A DNA stretch of 63,073 nucleotides, counting the filler, from Pelomyxa schiedti (lineage: Eukaryota > Protista > Evosea), in assembly GCA_020536535.1 (NCBI GenBank). It is 14 parts of 14 records of this genome, joined end to end, with 100 filler letters (N's around TTAATTAATTAA, not from the genome) between each part and the next. Parts side by side here need not be neighbours in the genome. Positions count along the whole stretch, not along the records: positions 49,711 to 57,732 come from JAHLWZ010001332.1; positions 57,833 to 58,922 come from JAHLWZ010002851.1; positions 59,023 to 61,945 come from JAHLWZ010001854.1; positions 62,046 to 63,073 come from JAHLWZ010002978.1; 10 more parts are not named here. The stretch is one strand, 5' to 3'. Both the position numbers and the translations under genes were made by a program. Positions within the stretch are counted from its first letter, which is position 1; every line of letters starts with the position of its first letter. This document shows positions 53,160 to 63,073 of this stretch, piece after piece. The notes below the pieces were generated by a model. It was not told the DNA's origin. It worked only from the letters and a program-made list of their open reading frames with translations, and searched no databases.

Positions 53160-54825
53160 TACATTGAGTCGTCGTTCTCAATACCATCCCCAATTATTCC
53201 ACTGTCATTATTGCTGGTCGAATGTGAAAAATCTTGAAAGATATGAAATGACGCACATTGAATATGAAGGGTCTTCTAATAGATCATCAACTTGAACCTC
53301 CTCCAGGTCACTGGATGTGGGTCCGATTGGTGATTTTGAGTGCGGTATATTGAATTTATTCCCTGGTGATGAAGAGCTTTAGCTACGATAATCAAATGGA
53401 AGATATTCACCTATAGCACTAACAGGCACTTCGGATAGTGATTTTCTGCTATTTAGTAGGGGTGGCATATCTGTCAAATCACTTAAGGAGCTTTTTCCTT
53501 TGTTGGGTTAACAATAAAATTTGGACTTGTGCGTATACCAGAGGTTGATATAGGCTTCTTTGATTCTGCTGAAGCAACAGGCTGTATATTTGGAGGCGAT
53601 GGAGAATGAGATGCAGTTCCGGGCCTCCGTTGACTTGTTGGCTGTGAAGTGTTGGTGACCGTCAGTGGAGACAGTACAGGATTGCCGGGACTGGAATTCC
53701 TAACCGGTATGGATCTACCCGAAGGTTTGAGTGGTTGTAATGCTTGCTGAGGTGGCTGTGCGGTCCGCGGTGAATGTGGTTGTGGAAGAACTGGTAGCAC
53801 AGGTTTTTTACTAAGCCTATCGTCAGTAGAATTAATTACTGTAGGTTAAAGGTGCAACATACGCAGCTGCTGGTAACTTGGTCGATTCTTCTGTCAAAGA
53901 CCGATTAAATTCATCACTAAGATTTCAACTTAAGGTAATAGATGAGCTGTATAAATGGAAACCTTTTATTCAACGGATCAGCTTGCAGTGGCCTACGTAG
54001 AGTAGAAAGGAAGTCAGACGCAAGCAATTACTTATCATTTGTGGGAGAGATGAACTTTGTAAGGAGCCTTGGGGACTTTGGGTAGGACTCGTTTGGCTCA
54101 TACTTCGGTGGAGAGGAGGGCGCTGTACTATTTGCAGTAATTACTCGAGGAGAGATAGGTGTCGCGTGCAGATGACGTAGTGCAGATAGAACGGAATATA
54201 TTACAGGGTGTTGTGTGTCCACTCCCGCTGCACCTAAGTGAAGCTGTTCACTCAAGTCTTCCCGACTTAAAAGGCGAGAGGTTTGCTACAGTACAAATGC
54301 AGTTGGTGTAAGGTCACTCCATCAATTGAACATACCAAATTACATTCTGGTACAAACACAGACAAAGTGTGTTCCAGCTTGCAAAACGCAAGAAATTCTC
54401 GTACAAGTTGTAGGCATAGTTTTCCTATGAAAAAAAAAAGAAAAGGATTAATATTGTCAACTGATTGGACATGGACAACTACCATCACTAGTTTCCAAAA
54501 CCCTCTGAAGAGTTGGGTTGTTTACATTTGGTAACTCATTCACATCACTCATTGCACTATATACATGGGCCCTCAGTTGTGCCTGAACAATAATAATCCA
54601 TAATACATCCCCATCAATCACCAAAAACAACAACAACAACAACGTAACGCACAGCACAAGTTCCACCAACGTACTCATGGGACACGCACACACCCTCATG
54701 GTGTTGAGCACACCCTTTGATTCCAATGTCTTAATTACAGCCTCACGCAATTCCTCGGGAGGCGGCGGCAAACTACTCCCACAAGTGCCAGTCGCAACAC
54801 CACTAACACCTCCACCCTTCATCAT
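53160..54825 (-). CDS. FGFR1OP/CEP43/TONNEAU1-like LisH centrosomal protein, multi-exon (3' end approximate)
   Basis: ELREAVIKTLESKGVLNTMR|AQLRAHVYSAM and GKLCLQLVREFLAFCKLEHTLSVFVPECNL match the FOP N-terminal/LisH motifs. Confidence 0.8.
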
Positions 54826-54900
54826 TCCTCCTCGTTACACGAAGCGCCTCGTGCTGTGGTTTTAAAATGCAACCAAACTTTGCTTTATTTTGTTATTTTG

Positions 54901-56427
54901 TTATCCTTTGATGAACTTGGCCACTTTGGAGGAGGCGTAAAGGGTGGACCGCCACAGGCCTGCTGATACAATGCCCTTGAGGGTCTGTGAGGTTGATGAG
55001 GGTCCCACTCTGCTGGCAATGCACTGCTGTAGAACCGCAGCATGGAATCCGGCCTCTATGGTGTTGCGGAACACTTGCGCTGGGTCCCTGCTGTTGCTGC
55101 TGCTGTTGCTGTCAATATGGTCTGCGTGGGCGGATTCTAGGCCGTCACACACCCAGAACATGTGGTGAAGCAGCGGCTTTGGGAGCTTCATAATCAGGCC
55201 AAGCCGGGATTCCACCGTGCAGTCTTGCTCAACGACGGCAGTTCTTGACTCTTTATGAGCGGTGCCGGTTGTGGGGAAGCCTTTCAAGGACGATAGCATC
55301 GCTGCGGCACATGGTGATCCCCACAAGTGGTTCCGGAACTCCGTTATCTGAGCTTTCACTGTACCAAAGGTTAAAATATTGTTAACGTCAAAAGAAAGGA
55401 ACTAAGGAAACCAACCAATATTGGATACTTTATTTGGATTTTCAGCACAGAGTGATAGTCGAGTGTCACCAATGTAAGAGAGCCCGGCGTAAATGCGATA
55501 AAATGCCTCCTCTGTAAATTTTTGTGGAAGCATAAGGAGAGTTGCTCTCACCTGTTAACAAATTTGTTGAAATTTCGTTGGGTTGTATAACTTACTGCAT
55601 TGGCAATATTAATGGAGTTTGCAGACATTATGGAGTCATGATTCTTTAAAACTACAAACGGCTTTTGCATTCTGCCGCTAGCATAAAAAGAGTCCCACTC
55701 CAGCAAATCTTTCTGAAGCCTTCCGATTTCGATGACACCATATTTGAACGGACGTTGTAGTAATTGAGTGTTTGTTGGATCTGAGGGAAACCACCCGGTA
55801 TTTCCAATCATATAATACAATCCCGGTCCTGAGTCAACGAGTTAAACACGGATAAGCTTTTCTAATTTAGTTCAATCTTGGACCCTAACCTCTTTTCTGA
55901 AGCCAAGCCACGGCCCTGGGCCCGCAGTACCCAAACACCGAGTAATGCGACCAATTCTTCTCCATGTTTTCCCTGTGCCAATCCACGGCGTTGTTCACGC
56001 CCAAAATGATATCCACCATTCCCCCCGCCGCTCCACTCCTCGCCGCCCCAAACTCTTCTTCTCCCTGCTCCGGCGGCTTTCGTTTCACCAGCCCTTCTTC
56101 GCCTCCCGCTCCCTCTCCCTCTCCCGGCCCCTTGCCCCCTGCCTCCCCGAGCCCCGCGTCGAGCCCGTGGCCCATCTCCCCCCCGCAGTCGCGCCCCAGC
56201 CCCCGCAGCGCGTGGGCCGCGGACCCCGAGAGCCCCACCCCGCGGGCCCGCCGCCTCGCCCCCCTTGTGCGGTGCCTGTGGCATGCGCAGCCGGGGTTTC
56301 TGGCCTGCCGACGGCTCGCCGTGGCCTGGGGCAGCACAGCGGACCCGTAGGCCATGGCGAACTCGACCCCCGCCCCGGGGAACATCCCCACGCTCCGCGT
56401 CACGCCCCCGCTGCCAATCATCAACAA
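54901..56427 (-). CDS. TAM41: Mitochondrial phosphatidate cytidylyltransferase (CDP-DAG synthase)
   Basis: FAMAYGSAVLPQ, MVDIILGV..WHRENM..NWSHYS, KYGVI..LQKDLLEWDSFYASGRMQKP, GLSYIGDTR, AENPNKVSNI, SQTLKGIVSAG..YASSKVAK. Confidence 0.92.
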
Positions 56428-56471
56428 ACCCTGGTGTCAAAAAGTAACAGAAATCACAGACAACGAAACTG

Positions 56472-57382
56472 ATGAACAGGTGCGATCAAGGACAGAGTAG
56501 CAGCACCAAGCAACAGTCAGTTGCGTTTTTGACAGGGTGGCACAACAGGGCTGGGTGTGTCAGTGCGATGACGTCACTGAACGTGCCCCAATCGGTCGGC
56601 AGATTCATCGTCGAATTTTTGATTGGTGAGCCCTTGCGTGTTTGAGAGAACGCCTGCCAGTTTCTTAACATTGGAACAAACAGGGTTTATTGGGAGATAC
56701 CACAGAGGGACGTGGAGGACAATCGGCAGAGGGATCACTGTGAATGGAGACACTGTGGAGTGGATGGATGTCTCTGAAGGTGACTTTGGAGTATGTGGAA
56801 GCAGTGTGGATGGGAGATTGGCGTGGATGGAACCCTCCATACAGGAGATATCCGGTTCATATCTCAAGGTCTACTGGGCCTTTGATGTTGTGAAATACAC
56901 CGAGGGTTCTTGTCAGGTTGTTAACTAACTCTGTCTACAAGTGTACAAAACCTCAACAACATTCTAAGGAAGGACTGGGAGCCAGCACATCACTGTTTGG
57001 AATGGAACTTGATGCAAATGCCAGTGGGGGAGGTGATTTTTACCCAATCACGTTCCCATCACTCAGCAAAAGGGGTGTCAAGTCCTTTGGCCTGTCACTC
57101 CCACTCTCTGAACCCCGAGTTCAAGGTTCCAAAGTGACAGGACTGAGACTGGCAGACACAACACCGGTGACAGAATCAGACCGGTTCTCGTTCATGGTCA
57201 CGTTTGAATCACCTGACAAACACTGGGCACGTGTTGAGGTGATGAAGAACAACAAGCAACTTGTGGTGTATGAACACGTGGACACTTCTGAACCAATGTT
57301 CCCAACAGTCAACATGTGTTGCTCACCCAACACATACAGGTTTGTGATGGACCCTCCTCTTCCTCCTTTGGGGCTTTTGTAG
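56472..57382 (+). pseudogene. Lineage-specific family member with a SPRY-like end; two frameshifts
   Basis: MNRCD..KQQSVAFLTGWHNRAG start; frame changes near 56635 and 56920; ends ..EPMFPTVNMCC. Confidence 0.5.
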
Positions 57383-57832
57383 GAACCTTCTAATCAAAAC
57401 AACATGGAGCCACTGACATTCACATTGAATGTTGTGCACTCGGTCGTCGTGTCATTGTTATAATCATGATTTTGAATTCGGAAATTGAATTCAATTTTCT
57501 CCTAAATGGGAGATGGTGCGGTCGAATCGACCAACTTGGTGGATACGGCTGGCTTAATGTCTCAGGTTGTTCCCCTGATGTGGCGCTATTTGAGGTAGCG
57601 AAAGTGTCATCATAAAATGCTTCAAAGAAGAAATTAACAAATAGAAAAAAAACAACGTGTAGGGATGAGGATATTGCACAATTTTTGTTTGTTTGCCATG
57701 CCACAAGGAATGCCGTTATGAACGAGGACTTGNNNNNNNNNNNNNNNNNNNNNNNNNNNNNNNNNNNNNNNNNNNNTTAATTAATTAANNNNNNNNNNNN
57801 NNNNNNNNNNNNNNNNNNNNNNNNNNNNNNNN

Positions 57833-58922
57833 ACTGGCACTCAGGGTTATTTTTACAGTCAAGTGTGAGAATGCAAAGCTGTGTGCAGCAAAGTGCTGCA
57901 GCAAACAGGGTATTGAACACAGTGAGAGACAGAAAAGTAACAAAGAATCTGTAATTTCTCTTGCCTGCAAAGCAAATCACGAAAAAAATATGGATGGAAA
58001 GCCGGAATACCAATGCAATTACCCAGCCAAGGGCAATGGTGGTCAAAATTTTCCACACAGTTTCCACAAGTACTACAGTGGTGTGCTCGTGGAGGTTTAT
58101 AAATCTAAAAAAGGTGTTTGGGGTAAATTTGACCGGCAGGAGAGCCAACGTACATAACAGGTATCACAAAATTTTAGTGACAGGTAGTCCCTGCCACAAA
58201 TATTCTTGCTAATTGTAGTTGGGGGTCTTTTAAAGGGATCAATATTTGTGGAGAGACAGCCTGGTGATTTCGGGATTATCCCTTGGGTTGTAGTTGGGCA
58301 CAAAGATAAGGAGTTGAAAAATACTACCTGGATCAGTAAAGGTTGTTTTAAGTAACGCGGCAAGGTTGGTAAGATAAGAAAAACAAAAAACAGCTGCCAA
58401 AACTGGGTGTATCTCCCTTGCAACCCACGGGATTCTAAGCACAGCATAAGCAATTCACAATAGGGAAGGAAAAAAAAAGTAGACTGACGGGATGAATACA
58501 AAACCACCATTAGATAGCAAACTCGTAAAAACGGAATATTCATTATTACCATAACACCCACAACTACAAACACAGCCCACACACAATCACATAAAATAGC
58601 GCGTGAGTGGAGTGAGTGGACACACACACGCGAGCCAAGAACACGACGCCGGGTATCAGCAGCAGCACCAGCGACCCTATCGCGTTCCAGTAGTCCGGCC
58701 CAGACCATCCCGCCCCCCTGCACCACACCACGCTGCTCGACCCAGCAACCCACGCCCTGCCCCCGCCGCCCCCCGCTGCCGCCGCCGCTGCCGCAGCCGC
58801 GCCCCCCTCGTCGCCGCCCACGCCCACGCCCACGCCAACCGCGGGCAGGGGCAGGGGCGGGGACACGCTCACGTCCCCGGCGACCTCCACGCAGCCCCCG
58901 CAGTCGAGGCCAAAGGGAGTAG
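57833..58922 (-). CDS. DHHC palmitoyltransferase (ERF2/ZDHHC9-like), partial
   Basis: SGPDY, TDP|[36 protein letters not shown]|GKRNYRFF. Confidence 0.93.
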
Positions 58923-60251
58923 NNNNNNNNNNNNNNNNNNNNNNNNNNNNNNNNNNNNNNNNNNNNTTAATTAATTAANNNNNNNNNNNNNNNNNNNNNN
59001 NNNNNNNNNNNNNNNNNNNNNNAAATGCAGAAAATTGTGTATACTTTCATAAAATTTCTATCTGATGTGAGAATAAAAACAAAGGACAGGTGGTAAAACA
59101 GCTAGTTCAAGTAGAGACGAAACTCGTACCAGCCCCAGGTGTCTCGTAAAAATGTCGGTGCACCAAAAATTCGATTTTGTGTGCAGACGTAGGGCTCGCC
59201 GGATCTGAGTGACAACCACAGCGATTTCGTGGATGGCTATTTCACAACAATCCGTTTCATTGAATGCCGCCGTTGGAGCCACTTAGTTTGTGAAGAACAA
59301 AGAAAGAGATAATAATAAATAATCGTGGGTTTCTGTTGATCTGGTACCACGCAGTGTAGTTCGAGAGGAATAGATCCTCTCGAGGAAGGATTCTGCATGT
59401 GTGTGGTTTTCTCGGCCTTTGTGTATCCTGAAAACAACCTACGCACCGTTGAACAACCTGGGCTGCGCACCCGAGGGGTGCACTTTGCGTTTTCTCAATG
59501 CCGATGCCGGTGTCGTTCACTCTCCGTCTCAATTTCGGTTCTGTGTTGGGTGTTGGTGAGGGGGAGCAGGGGGGGAGACAGTTGGTTGGGGGTGGTGGGT
59601 GAGGGTGATGCCACTGATTCCAGATCCCATCCATCCCTATCTACGCCATGGAGGTCTCCCAGCAGGGAGCAGAAATTGCAGGCATGACACAACACAGACC
59701 ACCCATCACCCTCAATTGTGTCTTTCTCAACTGTTGGCAATGATGTGTGCGTCATGCCTTGGAACAAAGGGGTAACCTGTCCCACTGTTTCCTGCTGTTG
59801 GGGTGTTTCTGGAGGAAATAGGGTGGTTGTTAATACTCTGGATCTGTTTGATTTCTGATTTCACTGAGCTCAGTGTGGACAGTGTAAGCTTGGGTTCCTG
59901 TGAGGTAAAGCACAAGAGAACCTTCAGTTCCCTGCAATAGACACACAGTTTGAGTGAATTTTTTTCCACTCCAACACAAAGTGCGCCGAGGAATGGAAAA
60001 TCCTGCTGTACAATACAGTGTCCGAAGTGCGCCACTAGGAACCCAAGTTCGTATACTAGTGGTCAGTAATCCAAGTTCGTATACTTTGTGGAGAACACAA
60101 AGGGTGAGTTCACTGGTATCTGTTAGAATGAACTCACTGGTTCCTGAATGGCCATCAATAGTTGTCCAACTTGGCACTCAGTCATCAAGCCAAGATTCCC
60201 TGATTCCGTCGGCCCATAATCTCAATCCAACAGCAACCAAACACCGCAACA

Positions 60252-60680
60252 ACAACGGTGCTATGTCCCCCTTGTTATGGGGTACAGAACCGCACTATAA
60301 GCAACAAGAGGGAGAACGAATGGAGAGATCAACAGACAGATCAGTGAATTGCAGGAACATTTCTAAGACTGGTTCTCCATACAATATCAACCAAACACTG
60401 CAAAAACAACGGAACTATGTACCTCTTGTTATGAGGTACAGAGCCGTACTACTGGCAACCATGGGAACCAACACCAGAGGGAGAACGAAGCCAATCAGAT
60501 TAGATATGTTTTCTGTGAATGTGAACTGAATTTGGGAAGAGGGCTGGTTCTCCCTCCCACAGCAACCGAACAACACACCGACAACGGGAATATGTACCCA
60601 TTGTTATGGGGCGTACAATGACACCACTGCCAACAGTGGGAACCAACACCAGACCGAGAACAAGACCCATCAAAAAATCG
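60252..60680. repeat. Three degenerate direct repeats, each containing a stem-loop
   Basis: ACAACGG..TATGT.CC..TTGTTATG.GG(C)GTACA-like core at 60252, 60406 and 60581. Confidence 0.8.
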
Positions 60681-61489
60681 ATTTTTATCCAAAAAAAAAT
60701 CGATGTGGTTCTTGCTGTTGTGTGGTCACACCGCGCAGTGAGTGGTGTGGTTGGGTGTGTTGTGCAAAGGGGTCTCCAGTCTGGTGGTTTTTGTGCCAAA
60801 CGGTTGCTGTGGGGCCAAGAACGACGACCCTTTTCATCGGCACGAATCACCAAATTACTTGTGGACAAGTGCGCCGCGGCGCACTTTGTGTTTTGGAAGA
60901 GGACTTTTCACGTGACCCGAAGTGCGCCAGTGGTACACTGGCGCAGATGTGCGAAAATCGGCGCACTTTGGGTTTCGATTTAAGACAATGCCATCACAAG
61001 CAGGCTTTTGCCTGGTAGTCAGGCTTTTCAAAATTGGGACTGCCCGGCTGTGCACAGTTTTTGTCGTATTGATGAGTTTTCTCAGTCCAGGGAGGAGGAT
61101 CTGAGACGGAAAAAAAGGGCGTTTTCTACAAAGCCATCGGCCACCCAGTGGCACCGCTTTAAGGCCTGAGCGTGGACTGGCTGCTGAGAACAGCCAAAAA
61201 ACCTAATTTTTTTTCCTTTTCGGCGCTGGGCACAGCAAAAGAAGGGGAAAAAAAATTCCGCCGATCGCGGGCTGTGCACAGACTTTGCACCACACCAACG
61301 TCCAAAAAACACACCAATGTGCTTCCCACCTCAAAATAATCAGGCACAGCCTGGGTCCTTTTTTTGTTTTTTTCGATTTGGTCCGGACTTCTGACACTCT
61401 CCCATGTGCGAGATGGTGTGGTCCTGAATGTTTGGTGCTGTTGTTCAGGACCACGTGTATTTGAGTGTATTTTCTTTTACTTAATGCTG

Positions 61490-61830
61490 TTCCTCCTGCA
61501 CTTCCTCCTGCACTTCCTCCTGCGCTTCCTCCTGCACTTCTTCCTGCGCTTCCTCCTGCACTTCCTCCTGTGCTTCCTCCTGTGTTTCCTCCTGTGCTTC
61601 CTCCTGCTTCTCCCCCTACTGTGAAGATGGTGGGGAATCTCCCTCAGGGTTCTGATGAGATTGGTTGAGAACTGATTGTGGAGGAGGAGGGGGAGGAGCA
61701 GGAGGAAGACCAGGAGGAAGTGCAGGAGAAACAGCAGGAGGAACAAACTCTACACTTGCTGGAGGAGTAGGGGGAGAAGCAGGAGGAAGCACAGGAGGAA
61801 ACACAGGAGGAAGCACAGGAGGAAGTGCAG
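61490..61830. repeat. 12-bp minisatellite (CTTCCTCCTG[CT][AG]) with a perfect 65-bp inverted copy
   Basis: 61556-61620 is the exact reverse complement of 61766-61830. Confidence 0.9.
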
Positions 61831-61945
61831 CTGCAGCCTTGTGGTCATGTTGTTGCATGCTCTCAGGTTTGTTCCCCTTTATCACTGTTCAATGTACGAA
61901 AACAACCACACAGTGTGCAGCAGCCATGAAGAAGTGCCCTGAATG
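61825..61945 (+). pseudogene. Partial RING finger exon pair
   Basis: VQLQPCGHVVACSQ|CAAAMKKCPEC, with the same intron position as the RING at 14790-14982; the first CxxC is missing. Confidence 0.7.
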
Positions 61946-62045
61946 NNNNNNNNNNNNNNNNNNNNNNNNNNNNNNNNNNNNNNNNNNNNTTAATTAATTA
62001 ANNNNNNNNNNNNNNNNNNNNNNNNNNNNNNNNNNNNNNNNNNNN

Positions 62046-62699
62046 CCTCTCAACAACCCACTTTGCAACATCCATGTGCCCATTCTTGCACGCCCTCTTC
62101 AGAATTCCAGAATCCCTCACGTGGTCCCCAATCCCACCACACCCAACCTCACCACCATGAGAACCGCCACCCACAATTCCGTTGCCGCCCCCGCTGCTGC
62201 AGCAGCTCCTCCACGTGAGTCCACCACCAGGCCACGTCCCGTCAACCAGAGTCTTGGCCATTTCGAGGTGTCCGCCACCACACAACCCCCCAAGGACCCA
62301 AATGACCTCCTTGTTGTTGTTTTTCCTGCTGCTGGTCCGCACCTCAGCAACGGCACCCACAATCCCGTCCCACTCACCGCCTTCGCCATCATCACGATGT
62401 TTCGGTGCTGCGCGGCGGTTGGCGATGAGCCAGTTGACACACGAGGTCGCGCCGGCCTCTGCGGCCGCGTCGGTTGCGAGGTGGTGGGAGGCGTAGTGGC
62501 GCAAGATGGACGAGGACACGATGCCGACGAGGGGGAACACGCCCTCCCCCACCCGGAACATCGTCACCGCGTGTTTGGTGTCCATCGCGAGAGACATGGA
62601 CGCTGCGGGAGCGAGTGGGTGCGTTTGCGATTGTGGGACGAGCCACGGCATCACCCACTCCCAAACGATCTTGGACAACGATACAACGGTTGTTGCCAT
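62046..62699 (-). CDS. Ankyrin-like repeat protein, truncated
   Basis: LGGLCGGGHLEMAKTLV and LKRACKNGHMDVAKWVV. Confidence 0.75.
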
Positions 62700-62753
62700 T
62701 TCCTTTTAGGCGAAATCAAACAACAAAACTGTCTAAAAACAGCTGGGTTTTCT

Positions 62754-63073
62754 TTAGATTGACACCCAAGTGGGGAACTCAAACTGGGGTTTCAATGGCA
62801 AGGTGCAATCACCCAGGCATAACCCAGAGAGGCCATCATGAACTGTGAATGTGATGTAAGTGGCATCAGGATCCTTCATGAGATCATAGGTTGTGGATGC
62901 AATGATACCTCCTGTCCCTTGCTTGTAACACCATGGTGCATGGGACATACAGTTGGTTCAGTGAGGTCATTGCCACTGTTGTACACCAGTAACTCAACTG
63001 CACCTCACTGTCCCACAATTTGCCAAGAGGGTGGGTGTATGCCCGATCGCTTGTGACTTGTCATCCTCACTCT
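62754..63073 (-). pseudogene. C-terminal fragment of the lineage-specific family
   Basis: ITFTVHDGLSGLCLG resembles VTFTICDVATGFCVC at the end of 47752-48954; upstream stops. Confidence 0.4.

Noticed and set aside
55862-56472. Long overlapping and antisense ORFs (also 6750-7564, 9232-10165 and 62076-62848)
   Set aside because: Shadow ORFs of GC-rich coding regions

Overview
Eukaryotic genomic DNA with compact genes and short (~35-60 nt) GT-AG introns. The gene families (MORN-RING proteins, SEL1/ankyrin-kinases, lineage-specific paralogs) suggest an amoebozoan and resemble Pelomyxa/Archamoebae; this is an inference. The window is a pseudo-molecule of about 14 unrelated contigs joined by 100-nt N44-TTAATTAATTAA-N44 spacers, plus one plain 100-N gap at 44721-44820, so adjacency across spacers means nothing. 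Recognisable genes: a CRE-clade non-LTR retrotransposon with an internal RT deletion, WW-MORN and Kelch-MORN-coiled-coil-RING proteins, a P2X-like receptor, a Cys/Tyr-rich surface protein with a GPI-like tail, a BEACH-WD40 protein, PINK1-like kinases fused to SEL1 or ankyrin repeats, a TPR-ankyrin protein, a FOP/CEP43-like LisH protein, TAM41 and a DHHC palmitoyltransferase. Most notable unexplained features: a 101-bp tandem array that parses on the minus strand as a 72-nt exon plus a 29-nt GT-AG intron, several long fold-back hairpins, a triplicated stem-loop with a compensatory change, and modular head-swapping in the kinase and RING-ligase families. No CRISPR array, rRNA or tRNA was found.
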